A DNA stretch of 64,000 nt. Origin: the human T2T-CHM13v2.0 reference genome, Homo sapiens. The notes under the pieces are model-generated. The model was given only the letters and a program-made list of their open reading frames with translations. It was not told where the DNA came from and did not search any database. Of the stretch, positions 12,480-23,585 are shown in pieces. Positions within the stretch are counted from its first letter, which is position 1. Every line of letters starts with the position of its first letter. The translations under genes were made by a program, and so were the position numbers. The stretch is from NCBI GenBank assembly GCA_009914755.4, contig CP086569.2:17056001-17120000 (forward strand). The letters run 5' to 3'.

Positions 12480-13100
12480 TAGGCATATTCACATACACAC
12501 TTGTATGTACAGTCATATGCTACATAATGACATTTTAGTCAATGACAGACTACATATATGATAAGAATTCCATGAGATTATAATGGACCTCAGATATTCC
12601 TATTATAATGTGCTGTCCTAGGCTTCCTAGGGTTGTAGCACAAAAGCATTACTCATGTGATTGTGTCCATGCTAGTGTAGAGGCATGTTGCCAGTTAAAT
12701 AAAAGTGTGCAATAATGTCGCAGGTCTTCATATCCCCTCATCACCCACTCACAGACTCACCCAGAGCAACCTCCAGTCTTGCAAGCTCCATTCACGGTAA
12801 CTGCCCTATACAGGGCTACCATTTTATATTTTTGATGCTGCATTCTTACTGTACGTTTTCAGTGTTTAGATGAACAAGTACTTGCCACTGTGTTGCAGTT
12901 GTCTGTGGTGTTTAGCATGGTATTGTGCTGTACAGGTTTGTGGCCTAGGAGCAATAGGCTCTACCATATAGCCTAAGTGTGTAGTAGGCTGTACCATCTA
13001 AGACTGCATAAGTACACTCTAGGATGTTCGCACGAGAACTAAATCAAACAAGGACACATTTCTCAGAAGTATTGTCATTAAGTAACACATGACTCTTTAT
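12480..13100. mobile_element. Possible Tigger-like (TcMar) DNA-transposon fragment
   Basis: Recalled similarity to a Tigger/MER consensus (...ggcctaggagcaataggctctaccatatagcctaagtgtgtagtaggctgtaccatctaagactgcataagtacactctaggatgttcgcac...aaatcaaacaaggacacatttctcagaa...cattaagtaacacatgac); not verified. Confidence 0.3.
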
Positions 13101-13549
13101 ACATACACATAGGCATAGGCATATAGAAAAAACAAATGTAACTGAAATGGGATCTGGCAATGTGCAGAAACCAAGGCAGCTTTTCTCTGGGTCTCTCTCA
13201 CAGGAGTCAGCATCCCTTTGCACATGGGATCCAACATGCTTCTCTGCGTATATGATTCGTCTTCTATCATGGGCCATCATTAGTCCTAGCTTAGAGTACA
13301 TTAATAAAAACATGGCCTTTAATAGGTGGGAGTCACATCAAGTTTTACATTATCCAAGTGGCTGTGTGTGACACCCTATAAACAGTAGCAACAACCCCTG
13401 AGATCTCTGTATCTCTGTATCTTGCTTGTCTTTCTAGAGAGTTATAGCAGAAACACAAGGTTTGTAACCTATTTGCCAGAGTGTAACCATAAGCTCCCCT
13501 TTTTCCCATAACTAATGAGGTAGTGGTAAATTCAGAATAGGTCTATATA

Positions 13550-14230
13550 TGCAGGTGTGTGTGTGTGTGTATATGTATATGTGTGTGTGTATATGTATAT
13601 ATGTGTGTGTGTATATATATATATATATGATATAGTGTTCTTTATACTCCTTGTGAGAGAATGTAATATATATCCACATATAGATAATATTGTGTATGAT
13701 ATTATATAATACGTATGAACTGTATTGTATGTTTATATTTATAAATATAATGCTTTTATATTATAGAAATATACATATATTTTTATGTTTTAAAAGTAAA
13801 TAATAAATAGAATTGTACAAATATGATGTGTAATATAAATATTACATATTTTATTTATATGTAAGTTGTATTTTATTTTTATGTAAGTTATATATTACAT
13901 ATATGTAAATATTTATGTACTGTATGTTTGTATATTTTATATTTACTATATGTAAAATTTATATATATAAATATACATATATTACATGTTTAAGGTATAT
14001 TTCTATTATAGTACAAGTTTATATTAGAAATAAATATACACATATATTTCTATATTAGAAATTTATATATTATATGTATTACATGTATATGTTTTTATAT
14101 ATAATATGCCTATTATATATATTCTAGTATCTATTATATTTACATATTACATATTATTTAGTCTTTGTGTGAACATCCTAGAGTGTACTTACACAATCTT
14201 AGATGGTACAGCCATGTATATATACTCATA
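13550..14230. repeat. (TG)n/(TA)n simple repeats and an AT-rich low-complexity block (~680 bp)
   Basis: gtgtgtgtgtgtatatgtatatgtgtgtgtgtatat...atatatatatatatga, then TA-rich degenerate repeats. Confidence 0.85.
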
Positions 14231-14388
14231 TATATATGAGGTTCTCCAAAGTGTTTCCGGTAAAAACACTAGGTCACTGGCCGTTGTGCTGTGCTAGGAT
14301 TCATGACTAGAAGATACACTAGTATCTTCCCTCAAGAGTTTAACATTAAAGATGCATGGACACACAATAATAAATATAGTGGTAATAT

Positions 14389-15096
14389 TGTAACTTCTAT
14401 GTTTCTTGCCTAGCCACACCAAAGAATTAGTGTGACAGCTGACTGCAGCCAGTGATAGAGACACAGACCGATAGAAAAAGCTGTAGGCTTTATTGAGCAG
14501 AGTGAAAGTACAAAGATTCCACAGCGTGGAAGGGATCCTGAACAGGTAGCCAGAGTTAGATTATAGAAATGCCTTCTAATTTCTTTAAGGTGGGAAATAC
14601 CTGTGGCGGGAAAATGTTACCAAAGCAAGAAACAAAGACAGTTAACAATTTGTGGCATGTTTTAGATCTTGAGGAAAACTGGAATTGTAACTTAGGATTT
14701 GTCTACTTTAGGACCTTGCTGCAGTATGGCAAAGGAGACAGAATATCACAGAACTTTACAAAGCATGTTTACAAGGAATTGGAATTGGGAGCATAGATAA
14801 GGTCTGCTGATCACAGAAAAATGGACAGCTAACATTCCTTTTACTTTAGTTTTGTGGGAGGGGAAGGCGGAGAGGGAGAGAAGACACAGGAAAACTTACA
14901 GCAAAATTGTTCCTGTTTATAGCTTTCTTGGGGGAGAAAACACATGAACAAATCCTGGTGTTAGGAATAGTTTAAGCCTATATCTTCGGTATCATTCATC
15001 CAGGATTGAGGTAATTCCTGATGCAGGAAATCAGTGAGTTTCCCAGCTTTCTGGGCCCCTACTGAATCCAGGAAGCCCAGCCGGCCCCTCCTTTCA
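14389..15096 (-). mobile_element. ERV-1 3' LTR (~708 bp)
   Basis: Aligns with 22956-23585 and 58135-58823. The polypurine tract (gtttagaggggggac on minus, plus 15097-15111) abuts it on the internal side. Confidence 0.8.
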
Positions 15097-15263
15097 GTCC
15101 CCCCTCTAAACAGGACCCTCCAACTGCTCTTGAGAACTGGGTGGCGGTCGTTCTGGCTACTTCCTGCTTGTTAGGGGCAAAGAAGGGACCCTGTAGTTGT
15201 GGTGTTCTTCAGAGGGGAACTTTCTAGGCCAGTCAAGGTTCCAATGTGTCAATCCAGGTGTCC

Positions 15264-16482
15264 TCAGTAGAAGCTGTGATTTGAGCTGATTTGAGGTTCC
15301 ATTTGTACGACCATTTGTAGCATGATGGCCTCGATCCTGGAGGAAACAAATTTGACACAGAGGTTAAAAATGCAAGGCCTAAAGGTGAGTAAAAATAGGA
15401 TGGGTGTCACAGGACCTAGAAAGGGGAGTAGCCAAGGTATCCATTGGTTAAACATATTTCAGGGTTCAGAGTGATCAAGCTCCTTTTTCCTACTTTTTTC
15501 CGTTCTCTTATTTATTTAAACTTTTCAGTAATGATTGCTGACTGGTTAATGAAACAGCAACCTTCTTCTCCCAAGAAGATGAAGGTTCCTCTTCTTTTAG
15601 CTGTTAATAGGTCCAGGGATCTTTGGTTTTGGAGGACCACTGCAGCTAGAGAAGTAAGCTGGCTTTGTAGGGTCACTAGGGTGTTGGAAATTTGTTCCAT
15701 GTCATCATTTAATTTTCGTGATAATTTATAATAGAATTGAGTGGAGGAGGTTATGCCTCCAATTCCAATAGGAGCCCACCTATTATTCTGGCTCCTACAA
15801 TAAAAGAGACAATAAGGGCTCATATGTGGCAAGATTGTGTTATAAGGAGACTTTGTAACTCTTGTTCAGTGCATATGGAGATGGGAGTTGCTATAAAGAA
15901 GAGAAAGCATAATTCTTTTGGAGTGCTATTTAGGCATCAACAGGCTGTGTTATTATAGATGAAAAAGATGCCTGAAGTTAGACAGGTGAAACCTGACATT
16001 ACTGACATCCAGGAATGACATTGGGGGGTGTTTTTATTGAGAGTCATGCTGAAGTTCATGCATGTGAGATTTGAGGCCTCTGTGGCTGGTAAATTGGTGA
16101 CTATGGGACCGATTAATTTGGTGGTGTTTAGGACTGGGGTGGATAAGTTCCACTATCTGGGGACAGGGACTGGGACATATGGTTGGAAACACAAGGGGAG
16201 ACACATCCAATAGTTGGTTGGATTATTAGGAGAGGTCTCTTGTATTCTTGTAAGGGTGGTGTTAAACAGGCTCCAAGGAACAGTTTTATAACATTCTTTT
16301 CTCATGTAAGTATGAGTGGCAAAAGATGTGGGTGTTTGGAAGGGGCTACCCAATCTGCAAGAGTTTCTGATAGAATGCCAGTTGTCTCCTCCAGGGGAGG
16401 CACACTGACACGGGGTGTGTGTTGTTGTTGGAGAAAGGGACACGAGTATGAAGAGGATGACAGGAAGCCTAAGAGGAATCAT
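15264..16482 (-). pseudogene. env: ERV-1 env remnant (SU N-terminus with signal peptide, internally deleted; TM with immunosuppressive domain)
   Basis: ORF 16153-16482(-) is hydrophobic MIPLRLPVILFILVSLS... then cysteines. ORF 15512-15832(-) has ...AAVVLQNQRSLDLLTAKRRGTFIFLGEEGCCFINQSAIITEKFK, the gammaretroviral TM ISD/CX6CC motif, very like syncytin-1 ([40 protein letters not shown]). Only ~1.2 kb, with stops. Confidence 0.75.
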
Positions 16483-16639
16483 GAAGTGTTGTAAGTGAAA
16501 TGGTCACAGGAAAGAGGAGGGAAAAAGGAGTGAATTGCTGTTACAAGGAAGGCAGATAGAAGAAACGTGCTTAATAATGTAACAAAACAGTAGAAGTCTT
16601 CCATTAAAGAGAGCAAGGAGAGAAGTTAAAGATCATGTT

Positions 16640-16666
16640 GGTTTTTTTTTTTTTTTTTTTTCCCCA
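16640..16666 (-). repeat. (T)25 on plus strand = (A)25 on the proviral sense strand, between pol end and env start
   Basis: ggttggtttttttttttttttttttttttttccccactg. Confidence 0.8.
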
Positions 16667-16673
16667 CTGATCC

Positions 16674-19600
16674 TCATTTAGGTAAGGAGAAGTCCCTCTT
16701 CAGGATTAACTGCAGGATTTTTTCTGGTCTGAAGTGTTCCTTTCCAAAATAGGAGATGCAGGTCCTCTTGTGGTGGCCAGGTGTATCGAAGCTGGTCTGG
16801 CTGACTTGTGACTCCTGAGTTGATGATTCTGTAAGTTTCTCAGGAGGTGTCCAAGGCTTAATTTGGGTGTGGTGAATCCAGGATTCCATTCCCGTCACTT
16901 TAACTGCAGTGGGGGTAGAGAGGATTACCAAGTATGGTTCCTCCCATTAGGGATCCATAGAAGGAGAGCTAGAGGGGAGAGACTTGACCAATACTAGATC
17001 TCCTGGTTGAAACATCTCTATTCCTTTTTCCCTGTCACACTTTTCAGGTAAAGTTTTAAGATTTTGTTGATATTTTGCCAGAGAAGTTATATCTTTTACT
17101 AAATTGGCCTTTTCCTGATTGAGCAGGAGGTCATCTGTGAGAAAAGCCATCCATACAACACTTCATATGGACTGAGCCCCATTCTGTGAGGGGAGTTTCA
17201 GATTCTTAATAAGTCCATGGGCAACAGAGTGGGCCGAGCAAGATGAGTTTCTTGCTCTAGTTTTCTCAAATGCCTCTTGAGAGTTTCATTTGCCTTTTCA
17301 ACTTTCCTTGAGGATTGTGCCCTCCAGGCACAGTGAAGTTGATATTGTATTCCTAGTGCCTTGGAAATTCCTTAAGTTGTTGTAGCTTTAAAAGCTGGAC
17401 AATTGTCACTCTATAAGCTATGGGAAGTCCAAATCTAGGAATTATTTCATGAACTAAGACTTTAACCACTTCTTGGACCTTCTCTATTCTACAAGGGAAG
17501 GCTTCTACTCAATTTGTAAAGGTATCAACCCAGACCAATAAGTATTGAAATTCTCTTGGGTTTGGCATATGGGTAAAATCTAACTGCCAGTCCTCTCTGG
17601 GATAATGTCCTGTTCTTTGTCCTCCTGGAGAGGCCTTACAGTGGGCCAAGGGGTTGTTCTTTTGGCACATTTCACAGGCTTTGACTACTTGCCTGATGGT
17701 TTTGAGGAGGTTTGGCCCTGTAAATAGAGACGTGGTCATGTTATGGGTACTTTCAATAACAGTATGAAAAGTTTGGTGAAAGGTTTTAAGTATTTTCCAG
17801 TGGCTGGCTTCAGGTATGAGCACCTTTCCTTCCTATGTTATTAGCCACCCCGACGGGAGAAAACTATGTCCTTGTGAAAGTCCCCATTCTATTTCAGTTG
17901 GAGAGTACTGGGGCTTAACCTCCTGGAGGGAGGTTTCTCCATACCAGGTGTCCTTCCTTGGGCATTTCTGAAGGAAACTCCTGCCTGGCAGCAATTTTGG
18001 CCTCAGACTCTGTTTGGTACTTTCCTTCTGCTTCTTCTCCTTCACCTTTCTGATGGCCCCAGCAGTGTAAAACTGCCACCTCTTTAGGTTTTTGCACTGT
18101 GTGCATTAATTCCATGATTTATCTGTGGTATTTAATAGGTGTTCCTCCGGAGGTTAAGAACTCTCTTTCTTTCCATATTGCAGCATGTGCATGTAAGACT
18201 AGAAAAGCATACTTGCTATCTGTGTATACATTTATGCTTTCTTCTTCTCCCAGTTCTAAGGCTCAGATTAGCACAATGAATTCTGCTAACTGAGCACTGG
18301 TCCCTAGAGGAAGAAGTTTATTTTCAAGTACTGCTGTATCACTAACTATGGCATAGCCTGCCTTTTGTACCCAATTTTCTACAAATGAACTTCCATCAGA
18401 GTACAGATTAAGGTCAGGGTTAGTTAAGGGGACTTCTAAGAGATCTTTTCGGGTGGCAAAAGTATGAGCTAAAATTTGTTGGCAGTCATACTCAATTGGT
18501 TCCTCACCCTCTGGGAGAAAAGTGGCAGGATTGAGGGCCACACACATGCATATTTGAAATACTGGTACTCAAGGAGTGGCGCCTGGTATTTAAGTAGTCC
18601 ACTATCTGACAGCCACAGACTTCCTTTAGCATTTAATATACCACTTACATCATGAGTGTTCCAGAAAGTGAGATCCTTTCCTTGTATTATTTTAACAGCC
18701 TCTGACACTAAGATGGCTACTGCTGCAACCACCGATAAACAGTGAGGCCAGCCTTTGACTACTACATCAATTTCTTTACTTAGGTATGCCACTGGTTGTG
18801 GGGCTGTACCAGGAGTCTGAGTAAGAACTCCAAGAGCTATTCCTACTCTTTCAGTGACATATAAAGATAAATTTTGTCCTGGGGGATGCTCAGGGCTGGA
18901 GCTTGTACCAGGGTCTGCTTTAAAGTTTTGAAGGCTGTTTCCACCTCCAGTTCCCATTCTACTAGGTGGGTATTTGCCTTCTGATTTTCCTTTATCAGGG
19001 GATAGAGTGGCCTGGCCATTTCACTCTATCCAGGAATTCACAGTTGGCAAAAGTCAGTGATTCCAAGGAACCCCCCCTCAACTTTTTCAACGTCTTAGGG
19101 TGAGGGTAGGCCAGTATAAGATAAATACACTCTTTGCTGAGGACTCCAGTTCATTTGGCCAGGATTAGGCCTAGACACTTAACTTGTTGTAGACAGAGCT
19201 GGGCCTTTGTCCTAGATGTTTTGTGCCCTTGATTAGCTAGAAAGTTTAAGAGGTCTAGAGTAGCCTGCTAACATGTGGCTTCCAAACTCATAGCCAGAAG
19301 TATGTCATCCATGTATTGAAGGAACAGAGTGCCTGGACTGGAGAATAGGCCTAGGTCCCGGGCCAGTGCCTGCCCAAACAGATGAGGGCTATCTCTAAAC
19401 CCTTGGGGTAAGACTGTCCACATAAGCTGGGACATGTGCTCTGTATAATCCTCAAAGGCAAAGAGGAACTGGGAGTCAGAGTGCAGAAGAAGGCATCTTT
19501 GAGGTCCAGAACAGCGAACCATTCTGCTTTTTCTGGTATCTGAGAGAGCCGTGTATAGGGGTTGGGTACAGCTGGATATAAAGTAATTACTTCTTCATTG

Positions 19601-20250
19601 ATGATTCTGAGGTCTTGCACTAGTCTCCACTGACCATTTGGTTTTTGTATTCCTAGGATTGGGGTGTTGCAATGACTGCTTACATTTTCTTACTAAGCCT
19701 TGAGCTTTTAACTGTCTAAAAATATCTTGTAATCCTTTGTGAGCTTCAGGCCTTAAGGGATATTGACTTTGATAAGGAAAAGAGGTGGGGTCTTTTAGCC
19801 TGATTTTAACTGGATGGGCATTCTTTGCCCTTCTGAATTGTCCATCCAAGGACCAGACTTCAGAGTTGACTCATTCTTCAAGTAGGGGACAACAAAGGGG
19901 TAATTTGTTCCCCATATTCATGTAGATAATAGCCACAGCTTTGGCTAATATGTCCCTCCCTAATAAAGGTGTGGGACTTTCAGGCATAACAAGAAAGGCA
20001 TGTGAAAAGAGCAAAGTCTCCCAATTACAACTGAGGAGCTGGGAGAAATGCCTGGTTACAAGCTATCCTAAGATTCCTCGGATAGTAACAGACTTTGCAG
20101 ACAGTCGTCTGGGGCAGGTGATTAAAATTGAGAAGGCAGGGCCAGTGTCTAGGAGGAAGTCCACTTACTGGCCCTCAATGTTCAAACTTACCTGGGGCTC
20201 TTTGAGGGTGATGGCCTGAGCTGTCGCTTGCCCTGGCACCCTCAGTCCTG
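16674..20250 (-). pseudogene. pol: ERV-1 pro-pol remnant (RT with YMDD, RNase H, integrase), multiple frameshifts and stops
   Basis: ORFs(-): 19351-19620 ...VPNPYTRLSQIP...WFAVLDLKDAFF (RT); 19268-19522 ...LQYMDDILLA (RT active site); 18263-18547 ...YSDGSS...AGYAIV...LPLGTSAQLAEFIVLI (RNase H); 17915-18115 ...VAVLHCWGHQKG... (RNase H C-term); 17509-17823 H..H...CEMC zinc finger + WQLDFTHMP...LLVWVDTFT (IN core); 16947-17150 ...FQPGDLVLVK (IN C-term). Confidence 0.8.
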
Positions 20251-20289
20251 TTGCTGAATCACCTGACTGGGTGCTTCTGGCCCAGAGGG

Positions 20290-22900
20290 CCTTCATCCTC
20301 TGGGGCAGTGTGACTTCCAGTGATTACCTTGGCATCTTGGACATGGGTAAGGGGGCAGCAACTGTCCTACTCCTCTTTTGGTTCCCTCTGAGCTGCCAAG
20401 GTCTGCCTGTCTGAGGGCCATGACTAAGGCTGGAGACTTTCTCTTATATCGCTTTTCCCTTTTGGCATGTTCCTCTTGGTCCCTATTATAGAACACTGAG
20501 GTTGCCAAGTTCAATAATGCCTCCAAATTTTGTTCTGGGCCTAAGGCAGACTTTTGGAGTTTTTTCCTAATGTCAGTCACTGACTGGGTGATAAATTTAT
20601 CCTTTATGATAAGTTGGCTTTCCATGGAATCCAGAGCTAAGGAGGTGTGCTTTCTTAGGATCTCCTTTAACCTTTGTAGAAAAGTTGAGGGGTTTTCCTC
20701 TTTTCCTTGCACAACTGTGGATAGCATTGAGTAGTTCATAGGCTTTTTCCTAGTTTTCCTCAACTCTTCCAAAATGCAACTTAGCAAATGCCTGTGGCTC
20801 CAGTCTCCAGGATCTGAGTCAGTATCTCAGTGAGGGTTTACAGTAGGGACTGCCTTTTGCCCTGTGGGGAATTTTTCCCTCACCTTCTGGGCCATTTGAT
20901 CATTTACCTGGCTAAGGTACCACGGATCCCCAAATTGCCAGGTTGTTGTTAAAGCTTCTTGCTTTTCAGTAGGACATAATGTCTAATCAAGAAGTAAAAT
21001 TATATCTCTCCATGTTAGATCAAAGGACTGCCTTAATCCTTGCAAGGCATCTATATACTTATCAGGTTCATCTGAGAATTTCCCTAAGTTTGACTTTATT
21101 TGTTTTAAGTCTGAGAGTGTGAAGAGACTCGTACAAGGAAGGGCCCAAATTCCTCTCCTACTGCTTGTAAGGGACATAGTTTGGGTGCCTGGCTTGGGGA
21201 GTTTACATTCTCTTTACCACTTCAGTGGGGCAGGATGGAGGAGAGTCAGTGGGGGAGGAGAGTGGGGCTGAGGGAAGAGGCTGTGAGTATGGAGGTAACT
21301 GTGGGCCTTTGTCATTTTGGCAAAGCTTGTAGGCTTGGCACAGGGCAGTATTGTCATGAAGGGCAAAGAAAGCCTGTACATAAGGGACTATACTCTATTT
21401 ATCTTCCTGTTCACAGAAAAGATCTAGCTGTAGAAGGGTATTATAATTAATACTTCCCTCAGGGGGCCAAGTTTTTCCATTTTGTAAGAAATTCCATGGT
21501 CAGGCAGTGGTATAGAAGAAAATTAGCTGCTTCTTTTGTAAGGTTTCAGGGTTGAATTTGTCCCAGTTATTCAGGATACATCTTAAGGGGGTGTCCAGTT
21601 TTGAAGGTATGGAGCCCATCTGGAATTTTACACACAGAGATGCCCACACCCCTGGTTAGTACTGGGACTCTTCTTCTCTTAGGGTGTCCCCCAAGGGTCA
21701 GGTCCTATTGTGCTCAAAGCTCATGGCTGCATTTCCTGAGCCCTCCGCCTGCCGGATTTAACCATGCTTACCAGCAGGATGGAAACTTCCTTTGCCCCTG
21801 CCATGCACCCATTGACCACTAAATGGGGCACAAGGACTGTTGGATTTATTGTGGTCCTTCCTCCAACACATCCTACCTTTTCCAGGGTGACAAGGCCTGG
21901 GTCGGGGCACCACTGATGCTTGCATGCTAAGGCCCAATTTATGTGGGCCTGGTCATCAAAACTGTCCTTCAAGGAGAAATCTCTGAATTAGCAACAGGAG
22001 GCTTAAGAAGCTTTAAGGGTGTGGTGGATGTCCTCTAGGCCAGGGCCGAGAGAACAGCTGCTGTACTCTAGCCTTCTGTCCCCACTTGCCATCAAAGTAG
22101 TAAGCCCCCCTTTCAAGGTGGTACTAGTATCATGTGTCCAAACTGACCGTATATTCACCCTTCCATTACCAATTATTGAATGGTTGAAACAACAATTCAA
22201 CAACTCTAAGACTTTGCCTATGCACAACAGATTGTCCTTGAGTGGCCCCAGGTAGGAGAAAGCCTATCTGGGGAGCAATGGTGGAAATGCCCTAAGGCTT
22301 CTACTATCCACATGAAAATTACAGACCTGTCTTTAAATTGTCCTGATGTGGGTGGCCATACACTATGATGGGGGACTGGCCTTTCAAAGTGGCCATCAAA
22401 TGGTGACACCTGCCTAAATCCCAGAGGGCAACATGAACAGAGGTCTTCTGGGCACCACCCCAAGAATTTAAGACTTCTAAATAGGGAATCTTGATCCTGC
22501 CTAGCAGGAATAACCTACTTGTGAGATGAGGAAAGAAGTTTAGCCATTGGACATAAGGACCCAGGAGGCAGGAGTCAGAAGATGTCTCATGCTCAGTAAC
22601 CTCTGCAGGGGTAGACTCTGGTGGGACCATGGTCTCAACCAGGGTATCTGGGAGACTAAGATGTTCACTGAGCACTCCCAGTTGTACTTTGGGACCACCA
22701 TGGGAAGCAAAACTGGGAACAAATTCTCCCAACCCCAAAGAGTCGTGGGTTGTTAGAGAGCCCTTTTCCAGACAGCCTGACATCCGTGTCTTTAGTCCAG
22801 TGGCCATGCTAATTGCCTCTAAGTGGCCAACTGGTTTTTATCCTCCTAATTCTAAGGAAGGATACAACAGAATAGCAAGAGAAATAAGTCCAATCATACC
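20290..22900 (-). pseudogene. gag: ERV-1 gag remnant (includes NC zinc knuckle)
   Basis: ORF 20293-20787(-) ends ...PYPCPRCQGNHWKSHCPRG (CCHC zinc knuckle). Upstream ORFs 21721-21972, 22319-22807 are in different frames. Confidence 0.65.
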
Positions 22901-22934
22901 CACCACCTGAAGATCTAGGTGCTTTTCCTGGAGC

Positions 22935-22952
22935 CTCCTGGCTGGCTCACCG
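22935..22952 (-). promoter_or_regulatory. ERV-1 primer-binding site, tRNA-Arg-like
   Basis: Plus-strand ctcctggctggctcaccg vs the 3' end of human tRNA-Arg(ACG) CTCCTGGCTGGCTCGCCA, 16/18 identical. It sits 3 nt from the 5' LTR edge on the proviral sense strand. Confidence 0.6.
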
Positions 22953-22955
22953 AAA

Positions 22956-23585
22956 TGTCACAGCTAAGGTTGTTGCCTAGCCATGCCAAAGAATTGGTGT
23001 GGTGGCTGAACCTGGGCAAGTGATAGTGACATGGCCCGATAGAGAGAAAAAGCTGTAAGTTTTGTTGAGCAGAGTGAAAGTATAAAGCTTCCACAGCATG
23101 GAAGGGATCCCAAATGTGTAGCCAGAATTAGAGTATATGAATGCCTTTTAAACTCCATAAGGTGGAAAATACGTGCAACTTAGGTTTTATCTACTTTATG
23201 ACCTTGCCACAGCATGGCAAAGGAGACAGGATTTTACAGGATTTTACAAAGTATGTTTACAAGGAATTGGAATTGAGAGCATAGATAAGGTCTGCTGGTC
23301 ACAGAAAAGTGGAAAGCTAACATTCCTTTTACTTTAGTTTTGGGAGAGGGGGAAGGCAGAGAGGGAGAGAGGACACAGGAAAACTTACAGCAAAATTGTT
23401 CCTGTTTATAGCTTTCTTGGGGAAGAAAACACATGCACAAATCCTGGTGTTAGGAATAGTTTAAGCATATATCTTCAATACTATCCATCCAGGATGGAAA
23501 CAATTCCTAATGCAGGAAATCAGTGAGTTTCACAGCTTTCTGAGCCCCTACTCAACCCAGGAAACCTAGCTAGCTTCTCCAGTCA
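22956..23585 (-). mobile_element. ERV-1 5' LTR (~630 bp; lacks an ~85-bp segment present in the other two LTR copies)
   Basis: Aligns with 14389-15096 (~85-90% identity by eye). Begins/ends TG...CA on the minus strand. PBS adjacent. Confidence 0.8.

Larger units (their letters stand above)
14389..23585 (-). mobile_element. Near full-length class I (gammaretrovirus-like) endogenous provirus, ERV-1: LTR-gag-pro-pol-env-LTR, degenerate, with 4-bp TSD ATAT
   Basis: Homologous LTRs at 14389-15096 and 22956-23585, both TG...CA. ATAT at 14385-14388 and 23586-23589. Minus-strand ORF fragments cover gag NC (CX2CX4HX4C), protease, RT (YMDD), RNase H, integrase (HHCC, D,D core) and env SU/TM in the correct order. 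Longest ORF is only 164 aa. Confidence 0.85.

Noticed and set aside
18469-22807. Three ~162-164-aa ORFs on the minus strand (18469-18957, 20293-20787, 22319-22807) that might suggest an intact retroviral gene
   Set aside because: They are in different frames and separated by stops. gag, pol and env are all disrupted; no intact retroviral protein is encoded.
14389-23585. Possibility that ERV-1 is the syncytin-1 (ERVW-1) locus, given the syncytin-like TM motif
   Set aside because: The PBS matches tRNA-Arg, not tRNA-Trp. The env is internally deleted to ~1.2 kb with stops. The RT has YMDD and the LTRs are ~650-700 bp, which does not match my recollection of LTR17. It is a related class I element, not the functional syncytin gene.
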